Of a DNA stretch of 64,000 bases, positions 9,313 to 17,280 are shown one piece after another. The translations under genes were made by a program, and so were the position numbers. A model generated the notes under the pieces. That model worked only from the letters and a program-made list of their open reading frames with translations. It searched no databases and had not been told where the DNA came from. This DNA is from a virus. Each line of letters begins with the position of its first letter. Position 1 is the stretch's first letter. The stretch spans positions 96,001 through 160,000 of the IMG/VR virus record IMGVR_UViG_3300032272_000002; one strand, written 5' to 3'.

Positions 9313-10374
9313 TTACTTTCCTGCACCGTGCGGGGTGCCTTCGTAACGACCAGCAGCCGTTACCTCAACCCACTCGGCCCGCTGACGAATCTGCTCGATG
9401 CTATTGGCACCACAGTATGTCATACCAGACCGAATGCCGCCCATGATGTCGCTCAATACGTTGGCGACTGGGCCTTTACATTTGATTTTAATTTCTACAC
9501 CTTCAGCGGTCTTCCAATCTGTCAGACCGCCCAAGAAATCATCAGCAGCTTCTTTGCTGGCCATACCACGGAACACTTTATAATTAGTGCGGATTGCATT
9601 AGCGGGCCACGGATCCGTATTCACCTCTTCAATCACTTCTCCCGGCGTCTCGTTTGTTCCAGCCAACATGCCGCCCAACATGATCGCATCTGCCCCAGCG
9701 GCAAACGCTTTAACCGCATCACCAGGAGTTTTGATACCACCATCTGCAATCAAGAACACGTTCGCCTTACGACACTCGCGAATCGCAGTGAATTGCGGTA
9801 CACCAAAGCCAGTCTTAATACGTGTGGAGCACACGCTACCAGGACCCACGCCAACCTTGATAGCATCAGCTCCCTTATCGGCGAGGTATTCAGCACCAGT
9901 AGCATGACACACGTTACCGCCGATGATGAATACCGAGCTGTCAAACTCTTTCATCGCCGTAATCATATGCCCCACCGGCTTACTGTGGCCGTGAGCCACA
10001 TCCACGCAGAAATACCTGGCACCCACTTCGTAAAGTGCATGAAAACGATCAAGCCCTTCATTGACACCAAGTGATACCACGGCTTCTTGACGCATCGGAC
10101 GCTCGTTAGGAATAACGCGGTGAGGAGCCACGGCCTCCTCATACATAGTTACATTATCTTCAATAGAACAAAAGCGATGCAGAAAGCCCAGGCCACCCCT
10201 TGCTCGCATCGTGCGGGACATGATGGAGCCTGTCACCGTGTCCATATTAGCTGAAAAAATTGGAGCAGCCAACGTAAGGTCTCCAAACTGAACACTAGTG
10301 TTCACGTCTTTGCGGCTCGCAATATTATTGTATCGCGGGACTAGCTGGATATCGTCGAAGGATAGGGCTTTCAT
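9313..10374 (-). CDS. IMP dehydrogenase / GMP reductase family protein (no CBS domains)
   Basis: SANMDTV, DVAHGH, GVGPGSVCSTR (catalytic Cys), ADGGI, RGMAS, AEG. Confidence 0.92.
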   Translation of the reverse strand: MKALSFDDIQLVPRYNNIASRKDVNTSVQFGDLTLAAPIFSANMDTVTGSIMSRTMRARGGLGFLHRFCSIEDNVTMYEEAVAPHRVIPNERPMRQEAVVSLGVNEGLDRFHALYEVGARYFCVDVAHGHSKPVGHMITAMKEFDSSVFIIGGNVCHATGAEYLADKGADAIKVGVGPGSVCSTRIKTGFGVPQFTAIRECRKANVFLIADGGIKTPGDAVKAFAAGADAIMLGGMLAGTNETPGEVIEEVNTDPWPANAIRTNYKVFRGMASKEAADDFLGGLTDWKTAEGVEIKIKCKGPVANVLSDIMGGIRSGMTYCGANSIEQIRQRAEWVEVTAAGRYEGTPHGAGK

Positions 10375-11069
10375 TTGCGTCTCATCAAATACTCAGCCAA
10401 CGGCTGAATGTGGTCTTGCGGCGTACTGCCGTCTGCTTCGAATACTTGGCCAACAAAATTGCAGCCATCCCGCTCGGTAGGGAACGGAAGCCTGTGTGAT
10501 TCAAGTGCAAAAAACTCATCGTGGACCATCGCGTCGTCAACGACGCGAGGATATACTACTGCTTTGAGAAAATCTTGATCTGTCTGCCAACGATCTTCCT
10601 GATTCCAAGCAGACATAAGGTCTCTAAAAATAGGCAGACAATCTTTCTTCATGCCCCACATACCACCAAGGATCTGAGTCCCGTGATAAGGGTGGTCACG
10701 CATAATATGAAAGCCTTTATCGCTATCGAGCCATTCTTGAACGGCTAGTGCTTCCCGCTCACTAAGGCGTGAATCGGTATCACGCAGAATCACGGCATCA
10801 AACTTGTTCTGACACACTGGCAAGAAACGCCAAAACATTCCACGCCAATCTCCGCGAGCTTCCATTGAGATAATACGAGACAACTCATTTACCTCTCGGA
10901 TCTGTTGCAAGTACGGCTCTAGTACGGGAGTTTCTTCACAGTGACCAGAGACGTGAAACCAACACTCCCAGTCAGGATAAAACTCTTTAGCAAGACGAGC
11001 GTTCTCAACCGCCCCCTGCAAGTATTTGGGATCATCGCCCCAGAAGCTAAAGCTAATTATCTTCTTCAT
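10371..11069 (-). CDS. Putative GT-A fold glycosyltransferase
   Basis: ISFSFWG, WRFLP, RDTDSR (DxD), MRDHPYH, GGMWG, DQDFL. Confidence 0.6.
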   Translation of the reverse strand: MKKIISFSFWGDDPKYLQGAVENARLAKEFYPDWECWFHVSGHCEETPVLEPYLQQIREVNELSRIISMEARGDWRGMFWRFLPVCQNKFDAVILRDTDSRLSEREALAVQEWLDSDKGFHIMRDHPYHGTQILGGMWGMKKDCLPIFRDLMSAWNQEDRWQTDQDFLKAVVYPRVVDDAMVHDEFFALESHRLPFPTERDGCNFVGQVFEADGSTPQDHIQPLAEYLMRRK

Positions 11070-12171
11070 CTAAAATCCACTGATACATACTGCCTAATTT
11101 ACTAGCAATACAAGAAGCTTCAAAATCACGCATGGCACGGCGGCGGGCCTCGCGGCCAAAGTGCTCTCGTACATTGGCGTGTTCTACTAACTGACCTAGC
11201 ACCTTAGCGTAACCATCAGTATCGCCCACGGGGACACAGAAGCCGCCCGACTCGATGATCTCTGCTTGACCATTGTAGGTGCCAGAGTAATGTGAGACAA
11301 TAGGAAGGCCGTGCATCATGGCCTCTTGAATATTACAGGGACAACACTCGCCATCGCTACGGGCGTGAGCATAGATGTCCAGGCCCATGTAGAATTCGGA
11401 CAGCTCGTCGTCCTCAATGATGGGGCCCAGGAAGTGGACATTATCTAATCTCAAATTCTTGGCCATCTGACGCCAGTTGTCACAAGGGTTAACTACAAGG
11501 TAAAATGCCTTGTCCGAATCAACCTTCTTGAGAGCCTGGAGGGCGATAGGATCAAAGTTGTCAGCTCTACCTACGCGGCCCATAATCACAGCATCATTAG
11601 GCATACCGAAACGACGCAATAGCTTCTCTCTACATGCTAAACGATTCTCTGGTGTCATATCTAGCACTGGTAATTCAATAGGATTAAAGAGGACGGGGCC
11701 TTCTTGGTTGCCAGCCTTGAGTGCTGAGTTCTTGATAAATTCAGAAATATAGATATTCAAATCAATCTGGCTGGGATTGGTTGCGTCGTTAAAGCCAAAG
11801 ATGTTGGTCTCTACCCACTTCGCTCGCGGACAGATACTACGTACCGCTGGCCATTCCGCAAACCCGCTACGATGAACGTGAATGATGTCTGGATCAATAT
11901 CTTCTAATACTTGATCTAGGTTGTGGGCTTCAGGCAGATAGGGTGCGACCTTACCTGAGCGACCTGGCACCCACTTGTAAGGAATAACGTGATCCTCTCC
12001 TAGCCAACCCTGGACAATCTCTAGACGCTCGTTCTTGTCGCATTCTCTATAAACGATATATACGTCAAACCTATCGTCTTGGGCGAGGTACTTACACATG
12101 AGCTGGGCCGTTCTGTCTGTGCCAGCAAAGCCCACGCTTTTACTATGATGTACAATTTTGATCTTATCCAC
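11053..12171 (-). CDS. GT4 (GT-B) glycosyltransferase
   Basis: GRVGR, DIYAHARSDGE..NIQEAM (Ex7E). Paralog of the next gene. Confidence 0.88.
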   Translation of the reverse strand: MDKIKIVHHSKSVGFAGTDRTAQLMCKYLAQDDRFDVYIVYRECDKNERLEIVQGWLGEDHVIPYKWVPGRSGKVAPYLPEAHNLDQVLEDIDPDIIHVHRSGFAEWPAVRSICPRAKWVETNIFGFNDATNPSQIDLNIYISEFIKNSALKAGNQEGPVLFNPIELPVLDMTPENRLACREKLLRRFGMPNDAVIMGRVGRADNFDPIALQALKKVDSDKAFYLVVNPCDNWRQMAKNLRLDNVHFLGPIIEDDELSEFYMGLDIYAHARSDGECCPCNIQEAMMHGLPIVSHYSGTYNGQAEIIESGGFCVPVGDTDGYAKVLGQLVEHANVREHFGREARRRAMRDFEASCIASKLGSMYQWILDEEDN

Positions 12172-13246
12172 TTACTACCTCTCGATAAATGCTCTCTAAT
12201 TTTTTAACGCAAGCAGAGACGTGGTATTGCTCTTTGGCCTTACGCACACCCTCTACCCCCATACTGACACGGAGAGCTGGGTCGTCAATGAGTTTCTTGA
12301 GTGCTTCTGCGTATTCGCTTACGTCGTTCTCGACAATAAAACCTGTCTTGTCATGGTCTACTAATTGAGTCTGTGACTGAAAAACTCCCATGCCGGGAAA
12401 GCTCGGCGTAGCCCAATGTGTCACGACTGGTTTAGCATGAATCATGGCCTCAGCAATGTTAACCCCAAACGTCTCTCCGTCCGCTCGTGCGTGTGCATAG
12501 ATATCTACCGTATTGTAGAATTGACTAAGTACTGACGCAGTAGTGGTCGGGGAAATAGTGTGAAAAGGGATATCATACTTAGCAAGGTCATCGATCATGT
12601 TGGACGGCGGGGCCACCACTAAGAAATGAATCGGGTACCCCTGCATTCTGAGTAGATGAGCAGCACGCACGCTGACCGAATTATAGATACCATTGTCGGG
12701 GCGGCCACAACGACCAAGAACAATGGCGTCATCAGGAATGTCTAGTCCAAGCATCACTTGAGATGCGGGATCCTCCACGGGGTTATTCACAAAGTCAAAG
12801 CGTCTGGCGGGCATGTTATGTCCGACACCGTTTAATTGAGATAGAGAATAATTCATTAGCCACTCGCTCATATATAGCGTGCGGTCAATCCTGGGGTTAG
12901 GGTCGATGTGCCCGAACACATTTGTCTCTACAAAGTGCGGGACCTGAACGTGGAGACCGGGCTCGGGAAACTGCTCGAAGCCGCTGCGGTAGACATGCAG
13001 AATATCAAATCCATTCTGGTAAATAACGTCCTGTAGATCGGCACTGCTCTGTAGGGGGAACAGGCTGCCGCGACACACTTTGGACGCCATAACGAACTCG
13101 TCGAGCCGCGTCATGTCTGCGTCGGCCTTATACGCTACGCCAACCTCGAACTGGGTAGAGGAAGAGTGCTCAAAGAATAGCTGAGCAGTCTTAGTCGTAC
13201 CGCCAAGATCTAGGTTGTCTAGGTAGTGTAGTACCTTGATTTTCAT
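12164..13246 (-). CDS. GT4 (GT-B) glycosyltransferase
   Basis: GGT N-terminal motif, DIYAHARADGETFGVNIAEAM (Ex7E). Start set at ATG 13246. Confidence 0.88.
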   Translation of the reverse strand: MKIKVLHYLDNLDLGGTTKTAQLFFEHSSSTQFEVGVAYKADADMTRLDEFVMASKVCRGSLFPLQSSADLQDVIYQNGFDILHVYRSGFEQFPEPGLHVQVPHFVETNVFGHIDPNPRIDRTLYMSEWLMNYSLSQLNGVGHNMPARRFDFVNNPVEDPASQVMLGLDIPDDAIVLGRCGRPDNGIYNSVSVRAAHLLRMQGYPIHFLVVAPPSNMIDDLAKYDIPFHTISPTTTASVLSQFYNTVDIYAHARADGETFGVNIAEAMIHAKPVVTHWATPSFPGMGVFQSQTQLVDHDKTGFIVENDVSEYAEALKKLIDDPALRVSMGVEGVRKAKEQYHVSACVKKLESIYREVVSG

Positions 13247-14076
13247 TTCCATTTCTTTCCTGTGTGCATATGTGCTACCCACTCATCCTTAGATGGCCTC
13301 TCATCAAACTCTTTGAACTCTTTAGCATGCTTAAGATGATTCAGGAAATTGTGAGGATAAAACTCTGAGATGGACGAGTAGGTCTCCCAGTTGTTGGCCC
13401 ACTTATTGCTGTTCTCGATGGAATCAGGACGCTGCACATAGATCGTTAAGATCTCCTGCACTGATAAGCCCTCGTACCCCTGGTTCATAAAGTAAAGCCA
13501 GAGCCAGTAGTCAAATGCGGAACGATACTCGGCTGCACGCACATGCATCAGCTCCCAGTTGAGTGAGTCGCGGAACTCTTGGTCGTTACGCCACACCACC
13601 TGTGGGCCGCCCCAGCACTCACGAGTCATTACCTCGTAATCCCAGGCGGGCTTGATGCCACCGGCCACGGTCTTACCGGACTCGTCCACAACGTGGATGC
13701 CACCGTAGGCAAAACCCAGCTTACCGAGAAGCTCAACATTCCGCTGCTCGAACTGTTCGCTCATAACCTCTGTGAAGCGAGGATAGTGTAAGTCGTCTGT
13801 ATTGCTATTACATACTAAGGGTGCGGACGCCGCCTTCCACGCACGCAGCCAAGATTCACCATACCACTCACGTTCGTTGTGATATATGTACTTGACACGC
13901 TCGTCGGCTGCTTCCCACTTACGGGCGATCATGTCGTCCGTGCCTGGTGAGTTAGGGTTAACGATTATGATCTCAAAATTGGGATCAGTCTGACCCTCTA
14001 GTAAATTGGTCATATGACGATCAAGGAAATGACCGGAATCATATGTAGAAACTAGGTAAGAAATTTTAGGGTTCAT
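13243..14076 (-). CDS. GT2 glycosyltransferase
   Basis: ISYLVSTYD, FEIIIVN, NSNTDD, DYWLWL. Confidence 0.82.
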   Translation of the reverse strand: MNPKISYLVSTYDSGHFLDRHMTNLLEGQTDPNFEIIIVNPNSPGTDDMIARKWEAADERVKYIYHNEREWYGESWLRAWKAASAPLVCNSNTDDLHYPRFTEVMSEQFEQRNVELLGKLGFAYGGIHVVDESGKTVAGGIKPAWDYEVMTRECWGGPQVVWRNDQEFRDSLNWELMHVRAAEYRSAFDYWLWLYFMNQGYEGLSVQEILTIYVQRPDSIENSNKWANNWETYSSISEFYPHNFLNHLKHAKEFKEFDERPSKDEWVAHMHTGKKWK

Positions 14077-15092
14077 ACTTCTACGCCGTTATGATAAGTA
14101 TTCATAAACGGCTGTGACTGCTTCGTCATGCAGAGATAGATATTGCCATAGTCCTGCTCTGCTAGCACTTGCTTGTAGAACGGATCTTCTGACCATAGCT
14201 CCTCATTGGGATAGTGGGTTGACGGCACATTTGCAATCGGGTGACCACTCATGATTTCAGGATGCTCTCCATCAAAGAATAGCAGCGGCTCAGTCTTGGC
14301 GAACCAGTCCTTGATCTTCTGATCGAACTTGGCATTAGCCCCACCGTGAGCTGCTAGCTCTTTGGTGTAGTATTCCTGCTTACGCTTCATGACTTCATCC
14401 ATATTCATACGGGCATAGCCATAGTGGTAGATGAACATGGGGACACGCATCATGCCACGACGTGATTGATAGTGTGGCGAGAAGTAAGTACAGTGACCTG
14501 TCTCGTCGGTTACGACGGGGTGACTATTATACTTCATATTGCGACCACGCTTGAAGATGCGTTGATGCTGCGGCTGCCACTCAGGGCCAGGCACGGCAAC
14601 GTGCTTGAAGTCGCGATAGAAGTGCAGGAACGTCGGCACGAACTCGCAGATATGCGGGTGCAACTCAATAGCTTCCCTCAGCCTGCGAATATCAGCAGGC
14701 TGATAGAATTCGTCCGCATCATTGATGATTAGCCAGTCACCGGGGAATGACATATCAATGAACGTTTGCTTGATCTCTTCCAAGTTCTTCCAGGGCTTCT
14801 TGATCTGGAGAAAGACAACCTTCTTGTCGGGGTCGTGGTTCTCTTTGAAGTCCTTGATAATATCCACGGTCTTATCTGTCGAGTGGCCATCCTCTGTCGA
14901 GTTCGGTCGGTTCTCCACGGCACCCTCGATTACGATGATACGATCTACCTCGTCATAGATGGAGCGTAGCACAAGCGGGGCGAACTCCTCCTCGTTGTGC
15001 ATCTGAATACACTGGACAAGACGGGCGGGATTATTGACACGCTCAGCGATGGAGGCCATCTGCGGTACATAGATAGGCTGTTGTTGGTTCAT
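14073..15092 (-). CDS. GT2 glycosyltransferase
   Basis: HNEE, STDKT, WLIINDADEF, HYGY. Confidence 0.85.
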   Translation of the reverse strand: MNQQQPIYVPQMASIAERVNNPARLVQCIQMHNEEEFAPLVLRSIYDEVDRIIVIEGAVENRPNSTEDGHSTDKTVDIIKDFKENHDPDKKVVFLQIKKPWKNLEEIKQTFIDMSFPGDWLIINDADEFYQPADIRRLREAIELHPHICEFVPTFLHFYRDFKHVAVPGPEWQPQHQRIFKRGRNMKYNSHPVVTDETGHCTYFSPHYQSRRGMMRVPMFIYHYGYARMNMDEVMKRKQEYYTKELAAHGGANAKFDQKIKDWFAKTEPLLFFDGEHPEIMSGHPIANVPSTHYPNEELWSEDPFYKQVLAEQDYGNIYLCMTKQSQPFMNTYHNGVEV

Positions 15093-15499
15093 AGTGCTCC
15101 TCCTAAATCGAAGCTATTTGTTACGGGTTCTGGCTCAGGAATTTCTGGCTTAATATATGTACTAAGGGTCTTAACATCATCGGGAACGGTGTCGGTATAA
15201 CACGTAATGTCAAGACTAATATCATGGTCTACCGAAATGAGAACAGGTTGCATCTGACCAATAACTTGTTGCGTAACGTGATTCATAGAACAATGAATAT
15301 CTAGCTTGGTGATCTGCATTCCATTGTTTGATAAGTACTCAATGATTCGATCCTTATCTAGCTCGGCGTTATCAAGACCGTGAGCTTGAATGTCTGAAGT
15401 CGGACATTGGTCTACTGCCATACTAACGCTCTCGCTAGTTATGGCATAACCAAGATTGTTTAGTAACACGTCAACAGTCTCCGGTAAAAGATTACTCAC
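15089..15499 (-). CDS. Hypothetical protein with C-terminal FDLGGAL tag
   Basis: GTGA/ATGA-coupled, GGAG RBS upstream. Confidence 0.7.
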   Translation of the reverse strand: MSNLLPETVDVLLNNLGYAITSESVSMAVDQCPTSDIQAHGLDNAELDKDRIIEYLSNNGMQITKLDIHCSMNHVTQQVIGQMQPVLISVDHDISLDITCYTDTVPDDVKTLSTYIKPEIPEPEPVTNSFDLGGAL

Positions 15500-15882
15500 A
15501 GTGCTCCACCGATTTCAAAGTCGTCATCCTCTTCTTCTACTTCGATAGAAGGCAGATCAATTCCGTGTCCGATTAACTTCCAGACACCGCCCTCAAACCG
15601 TTCAATCGTATTGGCTTCTTCATTGAATCGAAGAGCACCCTCGAATTCAAGACCATCAATCTGAATAATACCAGGAGTATTGATAGTGATACCAGTAGAT
15701 GCTGGAAAAACAAATGGCGGCTGATTCAAAGGGTCAGGCGGGGGCCACTGAAAGCTATTAGGATCACCGCCAGTATTGTCTACGTATCTCCACTCAGGAT
15801 TAACTCCCGTGCCGTCATGAAACGGCACGTCTTGCGGGTCTCCCGCTGAAAAACTCACGCTATTAGAATAGCTTACACTCAT
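15496..15882 (-). CDS. Hypothetical acidic protein with C-terminal FEIGGAL tag
   Basis: ATGA-coupled. Contains GALRFN..IERFEGGVW, resembling the GxxRFN..ExYxGxxW motif of phage fibre proteins. Confidence 0.7.
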   Translation of the reverse strand: MSVSYSNSVSFSAGDPQDVPFHDGTGVNPEWRYVDNTGGDPNSFQWPPPDPLNQPPFVFPASTGITINTPGIIQIDGLEFEGALRFNEEANTIERFEGGVWKLIGHGIDLPSIEVEEEDDDFEIGGAL

Positions 15883-16097
15883 AATGCTCCCCTTAAAGTA
15901 AAGACTTCTTCTTCTTCTGGAAGTTCCTCCATCAAGTCTTCAAAGCAACACTTGTTAAGTAACTTAGAAAACTCTAGCATAGATTCAGACGCCTGCTCCA
16001 TCGTCAAACCCAGTTTGCGTAGATTCTGGCTCAGCTCCAATATGTACTGGTGTGTCTGCTGCTGGCTGTTCTTGGGTGAAGATAATTGGTTCTCCAT
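15879..16097 (-). CDS. Small hypothetical protein with C-terminal FTLRGAL tag (start uncertain)
   Basis: Fills the gap between a GT and the next gene and is ATGA-coupled at its 3' end. The longest start overlaps the upstream GT by about 110 nt; internal Met starts are possible. Confidence 0.55.
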   Translation of the reverse strand: MENQLSSPKNSQQQTHQYILELSQNLRKLGLTMEQASESMLEFSKLLNKCCFEDLMEELPEEEEVFTLRGAL

Positions 16098-17280
16098 TAC
16101 TATACTGCTCCAAAATTTTCTCTAACTGAGGGGTAATCTTATCATGAGTATCCTCATAATGGAAAGATGCTACCGCCTTGCGGCCATTCTCCTGCCGTTG
16201 CAGGACAGCATTCCACTCCTCTTGTTCCTCTGCCGTCAGAGTATTCTGCATGGCTTTCCTGCGAAGCGTGTGGTATTTACGCATCAAGAAGGCCATCTGA
16301 ACGGGGGACGGTTCGAAGCACTGCTCAACGCCAGTGAACAAACCGGGGTCAGGATGATGCATGTCGAAGAAGAACGACTCAGAGCCACCATAGACCAAGG
16401 CGTGCTCGGGTCTCACAAAACCCTCAAGTCCGCTGCTCATATTCGAGATCAAAACGTTGCCGTGACCTAGTGCGTCGAAAGGAGGAATACCCCAGCCCTC
16501 AGCACGAGACGAGCAAACGTATGCATGGCCACGATTATGTAGTCCATGAATCTCATCATCCGTCATGATGTCAACAATCGGCAGAACAGGCGGCAGCTTA
16601 GGTGCGGGGATACGACAGCCCTGCTTAATCTGTGCGATATAATTCTTGATCGTTGCCATGTCCTGAGAACGATCTTGCATATTGATGTAAGTCTTAAGCA
16701 CAAGCAAGACATCATCAGGAGCATCAGCAAAGGCAGCAAAGTAAGCTTTCAATAAAGCGTCTACTCCCTTCTTCGCTGACAATTGACAGATAGAATAGAA
16801 AACAGTGCGGTCTCCAGCGTTCTCTAATTTGAAGGGCGGGTACTGCTTATCATACACTGCGAAATCGCAGGGCGGTGGAATCACTAGGATCGGCTTGGTG
16901 ACACCCGAACGCATTAGGGCTTCGGCGTTGTGGCGACAGGGCACAAGTAGGAAGTCAAACTCATTGGCCTTCTGTGCCCAGGTCATTTGTAGGCGATCAC
17001 TCTCAAAGAACGTATAAAGTCCATTACAAATACCCGGAATAGGTACAGCTTCGACATTACACGTAGTCATCTGGATTGCCATGTCAACATCTTGCAAATC
17101 CTTTTTTAGTAAAGTGTCCAGCCACGGTTCGGGTACGAATGCGGTGTCTGCCCTGTCGTACTTGATGGGGCGAGCAGTCAATTCTATAGACTTTGAGGCG
17201 TGGAGGGCTCTTAAAAAGTTGCGTGAAGCGTGTGCAAAGCCGCTAAAGTCCAATAAAGGACCCGTAAATAGTAATTTCAT
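15985..17280 (-). CDS. GT4 (GT-B) glycosyltransferase
   Basis: SGFAHASR, KKGVDALL, SRAEGWGIPPFDAL. TAATG overlap with the upstream gene. Confidence 0.88.
   Translation of the reverse strand: MKLLFTGPLLDFSGFAHASRNFLRALHASKSIELTARPIKYDRADTAFVPEPWLDTLLKKDLQDVDMAIQMTTCNVEAVPIPGICNGLYTFFESDRLQMTWAQKANEFDFLLVPCRHNAEALMRSGVTKPILVIPPPCDFAVYDKQYPPFKLENAGDRTVFYSICQLSAKKGVDALLKAYFAAFADAPDDVLLVLKTYINMQDRSQDMATIKNYIAQIKQGCRIPAPKLPPVLPIVDIMTDDEIHGLHNRGHAYVCSSRAEGWGIPPFDALGHGNVLISNMSSGLEGFVRPEHALVYGGSESFFFDMHHPDPGLFTGVEQCFEPSPVQMAFLMRKYHTLRRKAMQNTLTAEEQEEWNAVLQRQENGRKAVASFHYEDTHDKITPQLEKILEQYSNGEPIIFTQEQPAADTPVHIGAEPESTQTGFDDGAGV

Noticed and set aside
9289-10074. 261-aa plus-strand ORF
   Set aside because: Antisense shadow of the IMPDH/GMPR gene, with no recognisable motifs.
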